Positions 12,546 through 27,324 of a DNA stretch of 64,000 nt are shown one piece after another. Positions within the stretch are counted from its first letter, which is position 1. Each line of letters starts with the position of its first letter. A model generated the notes under the pieces. It made no database searches. It was not told the DNA's origin and saw only the letters and a list, made by a program, of their open reading frames with translations. The stretch lies in assembly GCA_964016885.1 (NCBI GenBank), contig OZ024741.1:69378001-69442000 (forward strand), written 5' to 3'. Made by a program: the position numbers and the translations under genes. Origin of the DNA: Eledone cirrhosa (lineage: Eukaryota).

Positions 12546-13095
12546 GCCTGGTGGCCATGGCGAAAGAGATTATGTGGTGGACAAGGTTGAAAGGGTTAAA
12601 GACAGACACTTTCCTCTTCGGCGAATCCCTAATTAACTTTTTCAAGTTTCACTTGAAGAGGAAAATCAGGGTGGAGAGGCAAGTGCTGCCTTCCAGCAAG
12701 TTTGTTGAAAGGTGGGTGAATGTAGCGAGAATGGTCCGAGTGAACGGGACCGCTCTGAATATACGCCTGTAGTTTGAGGAATGGGAAAAAATTGAGAGAG
12801 GGCGCTTGCCCTGGTGGTCAGGGTGGCCGTGGTCTTTTGTGTGGTTTTCGCCACGAGTAACCCTCGGAGGTTTCCCCCCTTTTGGGGAATTTTTCATTGT
12901 TTCAATTTTCATTTTTATTGTTTATATATATATATGTGTGTTTCTATGTCTTTTTCTTTTCTTATATAAATAATAAAAATCTTTACACGAACAAAACCCA
13001 CATCGTACCGTCCTGTGCCATCTGTAATGTTTTTCTTGATGTCAGCCCTTGTGGCCAATAAAGAAATCATTATTATTATTATTATTATTATTATC
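12546..13095 (+). mobile_element. 3' end of an L1/Tx1-like LINE inserted in (ATT)n
   Basis: Peptide AKEIMWWTR...HLKRKIRVER...FVERW resembles a Tx1/L1 ORF2 C-terminus (stop at 12772). The 3' UTR ends AATAAAGAAATC(ATT)n. Confidence 0.6.
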
Positions 13096-13920
13096 ATTAT
13101 CATTGTTGTTGTTGTTGTTTTGATGTTGTTCATAATTGGATGGCTGTTCTTTCTTTTACTAAAACAACATAACCATTTTGTCACTCAGCAAGTGTCAGCC
13201 ATACATATTAAATGTTCACATCAGTAGTCACCTTTCATGTAAGCAGCAGCTAATATCCAGCCACCATCTCACTGTCAATGTCATCATCATCATCATCGTC
13301 ATTGCCACTTGACCTCTGTAATCCATACATTCATTGGTTTAACACCCAGTTGTCACATTCTGAGGCTACATAGGTCATATGACTGCCTCTCACTCGTACA
13401 TACCATTCTGGCATGATTTCTGTGGCTGGATGCTATTCTTAGTGCCAACCACTTCATGATGTGTACCAGGAACTTTTTATTGTGAAATCACCATCAACAA
13501 AAGCCTCGGACTTATGTTCAGTAGCTGTTTTTGACTTCTCCCTCTCTCTCTCTCTCCTGGTTACTTATATACATAGATGTGCTTTTCATGTTTCCTGCTT
13601 TTGCACTATGTTCTCTGTGTTTTTTTTTCCTTTTTTCCCCTTCTGTTTAACCCCCCCCCCCCCCCCATGGCTTCCAATAGTTATTGACGCACTGGAGCTA
13701 GACATGTCTTTAATGCGTTGAAATGTCCATGATCTCCAGCAGACAACTGATGAAGGGATTGTCCCCTGTTTGTGCTTTCTCTTATATATATATATATATA
13801 ATGTGGAAAGTGATATAAAGCTAAACAAGGCAAAATGGCCGATAAGATGAAGGTAACGAAAAAATAAGTTACCTGGTTATTTCTGTTTCTTTTTTTTGTT
13901 GTTGCTGTTGTTTTTTTTTG

Positions 13921-13959
13921 TCCTGATATTTCTAGACTTAAAATTCCCTTCTTCAGAGT
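13921..13959 (-). ncRNA. Degenerate minimal hammerhead-like motif
   Basis: Minus strand ct-CTGAAGA-agggaatttaagtcta-GAAAT-ATC|ag; stems are weak. Confidence 0.35.
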
Positions 13960-13994
13960 ATAAGGAACTCTCAGACTATAGATATATATATATC

Positions 13995-14220
13995 TAGGGA
14001 GTGTAACTTGGAGTTACTGCAGGTTCACCCGGGTGAGCACTTGATGTTTAGGTTCACTTCTGTGTCATTTTCTACTAGCATTTTAAGGGGTCCGTCGAGC
14101 TGCGGATTATAAAGTCGGGTAAGATCGATACAGATCGAACCTTGAGCTGATCAGTGGCGAAACGCGCGTCACCTACCGATAAATGTAATGAAGGAGTAAC
14201 CAATCGTCCTTGTCATCTTT

Positions 14221-14225
<5 letters not shown>
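13995..14225 (+). mobile_element. TA-embedded pLTR-like island with a hammerhead 3' half
   Basis: GAAAC-GCGC-GTC at 14159-14170 has a palindromic stem III. The upstream core CTGATCAG is non-canonical. Confidence 0.5.
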
Positions 14226-14286
<61 letters not shown>

Positions 14287-14666
14287 TTGCAGGTAATAAT
14301 GGATATTTAATGTCTATTTTTATAGAGAATCTGCGTAATTTGACTGCTGCAGTTTGAAAAGGTCCGTCTCCCCCATACTCACTTTAGGGCGGTTTAAGGG
14401 TTGCGATATATAGTTGATGTTTGAGGGGATGTCTTAGCTCTAATGATTGGCTCAGTTTTTACAAATGTAATTTTTACGTGTTTAGACTCCTATGGTATTG
14501 TCCATTAGATGCTTTGTTTATTGTTGGCTTCGTTTTCTGAGTGCATTGTTTACACACGGCATTTGATGATTGCTTGTGTTTGTACTATATATGTGTAGTA
14601 TAAGTGTATGTATATTTAGAGTAGTTATCGAAGGTGACTAGACTGGTTGGAGTAATAAGTCTTATT

Positions 14667-14718
<52 letters not shown>

Positions 14719-14840
14719 CATACACACACACACACATACATATATATATATATGATGATATATATATATATATATTTGAGACTGTTTCGTTACATGTTTT
14801 TTATGAATGGTCAGTCTCAAATATTTCTCAATTACATAAT

Positions 14841-15019
14841 TGTTTCTACTTTAGGCACAAGCCAGCAATTACCCAGTGCATTACTGGTACTTTATTTTAT
14901 CGACCCCGTGGGGATGAAAGGCAAAGTTAACCTCTGCGGGATTTGAACTCAGGATAGCAAGGGCCGTAACTCTATGCGTCAAGGCATGGGGACTGGCCCT
15001 CTACCGATACTGCCAATTC
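14841..15019 (-). mobile_element. SINE family A with a 12-bp target-site duplication
   Basis: Reverse complement of the 12319 copy. CAATTACATAAT occurs at 14829-14840 and 15020-15031. Confidence 0.9.
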
Positions 15020-15168
15020 ACAATTACATAATGATTATGTAACAATAGTGTTTTGTTCCTTAAGTCATGAGCTCATTAGATCAATACAAACACTGACTGA
15101 TAAAACCACTTTTACGTGTGTCTGTGTATATATATATATATGTGTGTGTGTGTATATATATATATATA

Positions 15169-15215
<47 letters not shown>

Positions 15216-15849
15216 ATACATATGCATACACATATTGAACAGGGACATATATAGAGTTGCCAAGTATATGACAACCCCTCTAGTGTTCATACAACAATGA
15301 AATACACCCTGTACCACCCTGTAAAGCAGTAGTCTCTTTCTTTTATCTTGCAGTTACATTTCTTTAGTTTCTCTAACTTAACATTGCTTTTCTATTAATG
15401 AAATTTCCATCAATATACCATTGAAAAGTGCTGCACACTTAGAATGTCTTCTGCTGTCAAACACAAGCAAGCTCTGAGGGTAGCATAAACAGACGATCTG
15501 GCTTTGCTTATGGCTAATTTTATGTAGTATGCTCAAGAATTTGAAACTCCCTCAAAATTCTTCATTGATGCCTCTACTCACAACCTTAAACTAATGTGCA
15601 TCCGGAGATGTTGACATGGTAGTATTAAGAATTCTTAAGTATTCGGTTCTGTATGAGCATGACATGGTCATCTGACTTGGCATTGCTCACAACAGGATAA
15701 CTTGTCTAACCCATGCCAGCATGGAAAAATGGACATTAAACGATGATGATGATGATTACAGATCTATTGTCATAAAACTGAGATTCAACACAATTCTTAA
15801 TGTTTCTTTATCGTTTTAAATATTGCTTCTGATCAGTTCTAATCTCTGG

Positions 15850-16326
15850 ATGTGTGGGTTACCCCTGGGTACTTTTATTTCGACCTGTGGGGTTAACTCT
15901 AGGTACTCTTATTTCCTCATGTGGGATTATTTCTGGCTACTTTATTTCCACATGTGGGTTAGCTCTCGGTACTCTTATTTCCACATGTGGGGTTACCTTT
16001 GGGTACTTTTATTTCCACATGTTGGGTTACCTCAGAGTACTCTTATTTCTACATGTGTGGGTTAGCTCTTAGTACTCTTATTTACATATTTGGGGTTGCC
16101 TCTGGATACTCGTATTTCTACATGTATGTGTTAGCTCTTGGTACTTTTATTTCCACATGTGGGTTACCTCTGGTTACTCTTACTTCCACATGTGGGTTAC
16201 CTCTGGGTACTCTTATTTACACATTTGGGGTTACTTCGGGGTATTTTATTTACACATGTGGATTACCTCTAGGTATTTTTATTTCCACATGTGGGATTAT
16301 ATCTGGCTACTTTTATTTCCACATGT
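15850..16326. repeat. 33-bp minisatellite, about 14 degenerate copies
   Basis: Unit approximately CATGTGGGTTACCTCTGGGTACTCTTATTTCCA. Confidence 0.9.
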
Positions 16327-16379
16327 TATAGGAATGATTGTGTTTCCATTGGTGGTTTACCTCCCAACACTAAAAATTC

Positions 16380-16640
16380 TGTCTCAAGACCAGAGGCTCA
16401 TCAGTTTGGTGCTTATCCTGGTTTCCATGGTGCTAAACAACTGAGAGTACAAGACTACCCCTGGACAGAACACCAGTCCATCACAGGGTTAAGCCCATAC
16501 TATTTTCAGCTTAATATACTGGAGCAATGGGAGATAAAGTGTTTTGTTCAAGAATACAACACATAACCCAGTCTAGGAATCAAACCCATGAGATTATGGT
16601 CATAGGTCCAACACCCTTACCACTAGCTCACGTGCCTCCA
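16380..16640 (-). mobile_element. Old tRNA-head SINE with CORE-like and V-like segments
   Basis: Minus strand GGAGGCACGTG..AGTGGTAAG...CTTGAACAAAACACTTTA..CATTGCTCCAG...CCCTGTGATGGACTGGTGTTCTGTCCAGGGG. Confidence 0.6.
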
Positions 16641-17443
16641 CCTCCTTTCACTCTCGTTTTAACTAATTCTAAGAATTATTTTCAGAGTTAGTGTTTCAAG
16701 AAGATATATAAAATATTAAATTCAATGATAATTTCAAATGAATCAAGCCAGTTTTCACTTCCACTTAATCCTGTGTTCTTATTTAATACATATGAATTAC
16801 CTGCGGGTGTGTGTGTGTGTGTGTGTGTTAGTGTGTCAGATTATATCTCTTAGTATTTATTCTGGCTCACTCTACTCTAAGGTCAAATTCAGCTGAGGTC
16901 AAATCCAGTGTTGATAAATAAGGTAGCAGTCTGGGGAGAGGGAGGTAGGGATGTATTGTGATATCTGATCCAACTCTCCCTCATATATACATGTGTGTGT
17001 GTGTATACACACATACACATACTCAAATACACACACACACACATATATGTATATATGCACATACATAAATTCTTAGTGATAGTTTTGCTTGTACTCTGTT
17101 TTGGAGTAAATACCCTTCATAACCTCAACCATTTTACAGTTTGTACTGGGAGCCTTTTATCTTGACTCTGGCTGGCACTACCACCCTATAGAGTGGACTG
17201 GGTGTTTCTTTGTGGCATCCACACTACTTTACAGTGTGTGTCTGTGTATCCGGAACTAATCTGTTTTGAACACACACACACACATATATTCAAAGCAGAC
17301 TAGTTCCGGATATGTGTGTGTGTGTGTATATACACACACATACATACATACATACATACATACATGTATGTATGTATGTATGTATGTATATATATATATA
17401 TATATATGTGTGTGTTTGTGTAGACATACAGATATGAGCACAC

Positions 17444-17497
<54 letters not shown>

Positions 17498-18077
17498 TTG
17501 TAAAGACTTGTGGTCTCTGTGTTGTCATGACTGCAGCGTTTCCATGGCAAAGTCCTAGGTGTGACTCATGTTTATCCAGAGGAAGAGAAAGAGAGGGTAT
17601 GGAGGGGAAGTCAGTCACAGTGACTACATCTGGCTCACTGTCAGACTGGCAAACCCATAACTTCTAACAGACATGCTGCCCACTCTTATAACACAGTCCC
17701 TGCTCACACACACTCATACATATATATATATACACGCATATATATATATACACACTCACATATACATACATATACAAAGTAATGTATACTCAGACACTAT
17801 TTTACATGATATATATACTCACACACACATAGACAACTACAGAAAGGCATAGACACACACACACACACACATGGACACAAGCGCACATATAGACGGATGC
17901 ACATACATACTCATACACATATGCACATACAGACACATGTATACACACTTACATATATACACACCTACATATACACACACAAACTTACAAGCTGATGTAT
18001 ATCCATCACACACTATATATAAATATATATATATACAATATATTAATAAATGGAAACTATATTTATAAAACCATAAT

Positions 18078-18142
18078 TATTTTATTATATATATTTCAAG
18101 GGCAACCAAGGCAGTCTTGGTGCGCTTTCATCAGATAAAATA
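18078..18142 (-). ncRNA. Type I hammerhead ribozyme with palindromic stem III
   Basis: Minus strand tattttat-CTGATGA-aag-c-gc-accaag-actgc-cttggt-t-gc-c-ctt-GAAA-tatata-TA|ataaaata. Stem I is 8 bp perfect and the triplet is AUA. Confidence 0.88.
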
Positions 18143-18272
18143 CAAAATTTGTTTTATAAATAGTGATATAGCCATGGAAAACAACCTTGACGGTTGAAAA
18201 TTCGCTGGATACATTCCCAGAGTATACACATAGTTATTTGCTTCAGCACAACACACGTATATGTATAAATAT

Positions 18273-18449
18273 ATAGGAAAATGTATGACCCCGACGGCAG
18301 AGCTCAAGCCGTTTCAACAAAATAGCCGTCGAAACGGCTTGAGCTCTGCCGTCGGGGTCATACTTTTTCCTATTTCCCACTCTACTACCCTAAGTACTGA
18401 GTACTCTGGTGCATTATGGTCCATCTGGTTCCTTACCACACTTTCTTCG

Positions 18450-18451
<2 letters not shown>
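18273..18451 (+). mobile_element. Fold-back pLTR-like island
   Basis: 43-bp arms 18273-18315 and 18331-18373 (1 mismatch). The right arm starts GAAAC. The tail has CTGAGTACTC and ends in (TA)n. Confidence 0.65.
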
Positions 18452-18501
<50 letters not shown>

Positions 18502-19279
18502 TCCAGTCCTACAAACTGTAGAGTGCTTCTTATCCGATATCTGCATTGCTTTATTGTACTACAATAAAACTCACCTCCTACATATATATATATATATATA
18601 TATATAGTTGAATAAATGAACAGAACAAAAAACAGAGAGGCAGTACAAATGATATGGTTTTTAGTTTCACGCTTGAGAGTGGGGGGGTACACATACGCAG
18701 ACATAGACACACACACATATATACACACCTACATACACACACATACAAGCTAATATATATTCATCAGACACTATCTTACATATATATAAACTCACACACT
18801 TTCACACATGTGCATACAACTGTGACTGGTGTTGCAGTGGTGAAACTACTCTGGCTGCTCACCTGTAGATTAACACACTGTCTCTCTCTCTACTCCCACC
18901 CCACTCTCTCCACCTCTCTCTCTCTCTACTCCCACTCTCTCTGCCTCTCTCTCTTTCTTTCTCTACTCCCATCTCTCTCAACCTCCGTCTCTCTACCCCC
19001 ACCCCTCTCCCCCTCTCCCCCCTTCCGCTCTCTCTACCCCTTTATCGCTCTACCTCTCTCTCTCTACTCCTCTCTTTCTCTAAACCCCCTCTCTCTACTT
19101 CTCTCTCTCTACCCCTTTCTCTACCCCTCTCTCTCTCTGTCTACATCACACACACTCTCTCTTTCACATGCTCTTGTTGATGTTAGACAAACTAAATTAT
19201 ATAAGTTACCAACACCCACCATCACTCTCCTCTCTCTTCCACCCATTACACTAATGGTGGTAGTAGCAGGTGATAAGGT

Positions 19280-19355
<76 letters not shown>

Positions 19356-19767
19356 GTTTGTAATGTATGTGTGCATATATGTATATATGTGGATATGTGT
19401 GTGTATATTCTTCTGGTTTTATAATTTCACAAAGTTTTACCAATAGAGAGAGAGTCGGTTTCTAACATAGACACAAGACTCTCATTCGAATTTACACATC
19501 AACTAGGTAGATATGTATGTATGCATGCATGTGTAGATATGGATGTTATTGTATATGTGGATGTGTATGTTTTGAGTTGTATGTGTGCATGTGTATATGC
19601 GTTGTATCTATACATGTGTATATGCAGTTATTAGATGCAAAATTTTTGGAATGTTTTACATATTTTTTACTGTTCCATTAATGGATTGTACTTGTAGTTT
19701 CCTAACTAGTTGTGTTATATCTGTTCCTGTGAAGCCTAGCTTCTCAAGATGTATGTGAGTATGTATG

Positions 19768-19841
<74 letters not shown>

Positions 19842-19964
19842 TGTATATATAGTGTATTTTGCAATACACTGTATGCTTAATTAAAAGCATTTTGAATACC
19901 ATACGCTATTGTTTTAAAGTAGCGAGATTGTTGCTTACTTCAATTTTCGCCAGGCAGTGCGAGA

Positions 19965-20011
19965 TAAGTTGACAGCACTGTTTCGTACTGATTGGTACTT
20001 GTCAAAACTCA
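19965..20011 (-). ncRNA. Hammerhead ribozyme, U3-A8 core variant
   Basis: Minus strand tgagtt-TTGACAA-gtac-caatca-gtac-GAAA-cagtgctg-TC|aactta. It lies in an island at ~19852-20103 flanked by (TA)n. Confidence 0.8.
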
Positions 20012-20100
20012 GTACTCTACCTGTCTGCCGAACATTATGCATGTTGGATTCTTATAGAATTCCAGAAACAATCAGGAACTGATTTTACAGAGCTGTCGCA

Positions 20101-22260
<2,160 letters not shown>

Positions 22261-22261
22261 G

Positions 22262-22318
<57 letters not shown>

Positions 22319-22570
22319 GTGTGTGTGTATATATATAATGTGTGTGTGTATATATATATATGTGTGTGTGTGTATATATATTTGTGTGTGTGTGTATATA
22401 TATATATGTGTGTGTGTGTATATATATATATATGTGTGTGTGTGTGTATATATATATGTGTGTGTGTGTGTATATATATATATGCATGTGTGTGTGTGTG
22501 TATATATATATGCATGTGTGTGTGTGTGTATATATATATATATGTATGTGTGTGTGGGTATATATATAAT

Positions 22571-22870
22571 GGAGGCACATGGCTTAGTGGTTAGAGCATT
22601 GGCCTTGCAATCGAAAGTTTGTGAGTTCAATTCTCAGACCGGGTGATGTGTTGTTTCCTTGAGCAAGACACTTTATTTCACATTGCTCCAGTTTACTCAG
22701 CTGTAACACACTGCAAAGTGGTCGTGGAGGTGCCACGGCAAAAAAGCACCCAGCACTCACTGTAAATTAGGTTGGTGTTAGGAAGGACATCCAGCTGTAG
22801 AAATCAAGCCAGCATCAGTTCCCGTCCCACCCTTGCAAGCAGGGAAAATGAAATGATGATGTAAATGATG
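22571..22870 (+). mobile_element. SINE family B (tRNA head, CORE-like domain, RTE-type tail)
   Basis: TGGCTTAGTGGTTAGAGC (A box), GAGTTCAATTCTC (B box), CCTTGAGCAAGACACTT (CORE-like), GGTTGGTGTTAGGAAGG.CATCCAGCTGTAGAAA tail. Confidence 0.9.
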
Positions 22871-22918
22871 ATATATATATGTATGTATGTGTGTGCATAT
22901 ATATATATATATATATAC

Positions 22919-22964
<46 letters not shown>

Positions 22965-23055
22965 GTATGTATGTGTGTGTGTATATATATATATGTATGT
23001 ATTTGTGTGTGTATATATATATATGTATGTATGTGTGTGTGTGTATATATATGTA

Positions 23056-23092
<37 letters not shown>

Positions 23093-23104
23093 GTATGTGT
23101 GTGC

Positions 23105-23137
<33 letters not shown>

Positions 23138-23142
23138 AAAAA

Positions 23143-23498
23143 AAAAGAAAAAAAGATGAAATCGAAAATGCAACTGGAGTCTTATTTTAAAAAAATATAT
23201 TTATTTATTTGGTTCCTTTACCGGTTTCGCAGTTCTTCTGCTTTTCAAAAGTAGAATTGAGATGGAGGGTCTGTGGTTTTTGTCACAGATGTGAGAAAAA
23301 TCACAGACCCTCCGTCTCAACTCTACTTTTGAAAAGCAGAAGAACTGCGAAACCGGTAAAGGAACTAAATAAATATATATATATTTTTTAAAATAAGACT
23401 CCAGTTGCATTTTCGATTTCATCTTTTTTTCTTTATACTTTCACTCGTGTAGGACACCTCGGTTATTTTTCATTTTGTAAAAAAAACGTTACTTTCTA
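23143..23498 (+). mobile_element. Fold-back pLTR island with a hammerhead in each arm
   Basis: Arms of about 138 bp (~23143-23281 and 23296-23434), then a unique tail to (TA)n. Confidence 0.8.
23326..23361 (+). ncRNA. Minimal hammerhead ribozyme, U3-A8 variant (mirror copy 23216-23251 on -)
   Basis: ctt-TTGAAAA-gcag-aagaa-ctgc-GAAA-ccgg-TA|aag, with palindromic ACCGGT stem III. Confidence 0.72.
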
Positions 23499-23523
23499 AT
23501 ATATATATATATATATATGTATG

Positions 23524-23590
<67 letters not shown>

Positions 23591-24025
23591 ATATATATAT
23601 ATGTATATATATATGTATGTATGTATGTGTGTGTATATATATATATATATGTGTGTGTGTATATATATATATATATGTATGTGTGTATATATATATGTAT
23701 GTATGTGAGTGTATGTATGTGTGTATATATATATATATATATGTATGTGAGTGTATGTATGTGTGTGTGTATATATATATATATGTATGTATGTGAGTGT
23801 ATGTATGTGTATATATATATGTATGTATGTGTATATATATATATATGTATGTGAGTATGTATGTATGTATGTATGTGTATATATATATATATATATGTGA
23901 GTATGTATGTATGTATGTATGTGTATATATATATATATATATGTGAGTATGTATGTGTATATATATATATATATGTATGTGAGTGTATGTGTATATATAT
24001 ATATATGAATGTGAGTATGTATGTG

Positions 24026-24190
24026 TCATCATCATCATCATCAACGTTTAACGTCCGTGTTCCACGCTTGCATGGGTTTGGACGGGAGTTTTCCCACTTG
24101 AGGCAAGAGTGATTGTCTTGCTCACATAGGACTGTCTGGCAGGTTTTCTACAGCTGGATGCCCTTCCTAACACCAACCACATTTACAGTG
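24026..24190 (-). mobile_element. Very short RTE subfamily 1 3' end
   Basis: Reverse complement of 22010-22175, embedded in a GTGAGTATGT-type microsatellite. Confidence 0.9.
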
Positions 24191-24937
24191 TGTGTGTATA
24201 TATATATATATATATATGTATGTGAGTATGTATGTATATATATATATATATATGTATGTAAGTATGTATGTGTATATATATATATGTATGTGAGTATGTG
24301 TATATATATATATATGTATATATATAAGTGAGTATGTGTATATATATATGTATACATATATGTATGTGAGTGTATGTATATTTATATGTATGTATGTATG
24401 TGAGTGTATGTGTGTCTATATGTATGCATGTGAGTGTATGTATGTCCATATGTCTATATGTATGTGTGTGTGTAGGTATATATATATGGATGCAGTGTAG
24501 TGTATGGTGGAGGGGTGTGGGTAACAGAATGAAATGGGAAGGGGGGGGGATGATGCATTGCCAAGTAGGGAAAAATAAATAAGGTTGGTTGGCTGGGAAG
24601 TGTGTGTGTTTGTCTGAGTGTGTGTGTCTGTGTGTGTCTGAGTATGTGTTTGAGGGAGTCAGAGGTGGTGTTGTAATGTATCCCTGTAGAATAAACAAGG
24701 AAATAGAAAGTTGGGTGGGTTTCCTATGAGTGTGTGTATGTGTGTGGGTTTCTATATTGATATTAGTGTATGTATGTGTTGTGTGTATATTATTGTGTGT
24801 GGTTGTATATTTGTGTGTGTGTGTTGGTATATTTGTGTATGTGTGTGTGTGTTTGTATATTACTGTATGTGTGTGTGTTTGTATATTACTGTATGTGTGT
24901 GTGTTTGTATATTACTGTATGTGTGTGTTGTTTGTAT

Positions 24938-26575
24938 ATTAGTGTATGCTATTGACTGTATATTAGTGTATGCTATTGACTGTATATATTAGTGTATGCT
25001 ATTGACTATATATTAGTGTATGCTATTGACTGTATATTAGTGTATGCTATTGACTGTATATATTAGTGTATGCTATTGACTGTATATATTAGTGTATGCT
25101 ATTGACTGTATATATTAGTGTATGCTATTGACTGTATATTAGTGTAAACTATTGACTGTATATTAGTGTATGATATTGACTGTATATATTAGTGTAAGCT
25201 ATTGACTGTATATATTAGTGTATGCTATTGACTATATATTAGTGTAAGCTATTGACTGTATATTAGTGTATGCTATTGACTGTATATATTAGTGTATGCT
25301 ATTGACTGTATATATTAGTGTATGCTATTGACTGTATATATTAGTGTATGCTATTGACTGTATATATTAGTGTATGCTATTGACTATATATTAGTGTATG
25401 CTATTGACTGTATATATTAGTGTATGCTATTGACTGTATATATTAGTGTATGCTATTCACTGTATATATTAGTGTATGCTATTCACTGTATATTAGTGTA
25501 AACTATTGACTGTATATTAGTGTATGATATTGACTGTATATATTAGTGTAAGCTATTGACTGTATATATTAGTGTATGCTATTGACTATATATTAGTGTA
25601 TGCTATTGACTGTATATATTAGTGTATGTTATTGACTGTATATATTAGTGTATGCTATTGACTGTATATATTAGTGTATGCTATTGACTGTATATATTAG
25701 TGTATGCTATTGACTGTATATTAGTGTAAGCTATTGACTGTATATTAGTGTATGGTATTGACTGTATATATTAGTGTAAGCTATTGACTGTATATTAATG
25801 TAAATTATTGACTGTATATATTAGTGTATGCTATTGACTGTATATATTAGTGTATGCTATTGACTGTATATATTAGTGTATGCTATTGACTCTATATTAG
25901 TGTAAGCTATTGACTCTATATTAGTGTAAGCTATTGACTGTATATTAGTGTATGATATTGACTGTATATATTAGTGTAAGCTATTGACAATATATTAGTG
26001 TATGCTATTGACTATATATTAGTGTATGCTATTGACTATATATTAGTGTATGCTATTGACTGTATATATTAGTGTATGTTATTGACTGTATATATTAGTG
26101 TATGCTATTGACTGTATATATTAGTGTATGCTATTGACTGTATATTAGTGTAAGCTATTGACTGTATATTAGTGTATGATATTGACTGTATATATTAGTG
26201 TAAGCTATTGACTGTATATTAGTGTAAATTATTGACTGTATATATTAGTGTATGCTATTGACTGTATATATTAGTGTATGCTATTGACTGTATATATTAG
26301 TGTATGCTATTGACTGTATATATTAGTGTATGCTATTGACTGTATATTAGTGTAAGCTATTTACTGTATATTAGTGTAAATTATTGACTGTATATATTAG
26401 TGTATGCTATTGACTGTATATATTAGCATATGCTATTGACTGTATATATTAGTGTATGCTATTGACTGTATATATTAGTGTATGCTATTGACTGTATATA
26501 TTAGCATATGCTATTGACTGTATATATTAGTGTATGCTATTGACTGTATATATTAGTGTATGCTATTGTCTATAT
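24938..26575. repeat. ~24-26-bp minisatellite array, about 1.6 kb
   Basis: Unit TTAGTGTATGCTATTGACTGTATA(TA), with recurring variant units (GTAAGC, GATATT, AAATT). Confidence 0.95.
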
Positions 26576-27051
26576 ATGTTTTGCCTATTTGTTAGTTTGT
26601 ATTATTGTCTATATATTAATCTGTGTTGACATCACCATCATCATTTAACATCTGTTTTCACTGCTATGTCTATATAAATGTGTGTATGTCATTGTCTGTG
26701 TATCAAACTGTATTGATTTTCATACACTAATATACACAAACTATTATTTTTTGTATTACATACATATATGTGTGTTCTGTTTTACACAATGTTTGTGAAT
26801 AAATTACTTGTATATTAATGGGTTGTGTTGCTATCTATATATCATTGGAATTTACTGTCAGTATATGATTAAATGTATATTTGTGTGTGTGTTTCTTACT
26901 GTATATTAAGTGTATACATACAATGCAAAACTGCAGAAAATCTCATGGGGGGGGGGGGTTGTAAAGTTGATTTAAATGACTAATAATCAAATATATATTG
27001 TAGCCTAGGCTTATCAGAAACTTACAAATGATCTCTCTCTCTCTCTATGTG

Positions 27052-27124
<73 letters not shown>

Positions 27125-27169
27125 TAAACAAATAATGAATAAACAATTCCTTATATTAAACAAAAAAAG

Positions 27170-27324
27170 TTCATTATTTAACGATCGTTTCTAGGGTATA
27201 CATGTGTTATAATTGGCATGCATATTCAACAGATCTATGTACAAAATTATACAAAATTATACAAATTATCAAGATTAAATATACATACCTAACACATATA
27301 TACGCCGTCTTCAGAAATAATGAA
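27170..27324 (-). ncRNA. Hammerhead ribozyme with long stem II (mirror copy)
   Basis: Reverse complement of 30719-30873. Confidence 0.78.

Noticed and set aside
13840-13875. GATGAAGGTAAC...GTTACCT hairpin as a hammerhead
   Set aside because: No CUGA start and no GAAA after the stem.
15850-16326. 33-bp repeats with overlapping ORFs
   Set aside because: Head-to-tail degenerate units without spacers; the ORFs follow from the repeat period.
19170-19283. Possible exon ending at AAG|gtaagt
   Set aside because: Good donor but no clear acceptor or recognisable peptide.
22571-22645. tRNA-like sequences at the SINE B heads
   Set aside because: No complete cloverleaf seen and each continues into a SINE body; not tRNA genes.
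24938-26575. Regular repeat array resembling CRISPR
   Set aside because: No unique spacers, no cas genes, eukaryotic context; it is a plain minisatellite.
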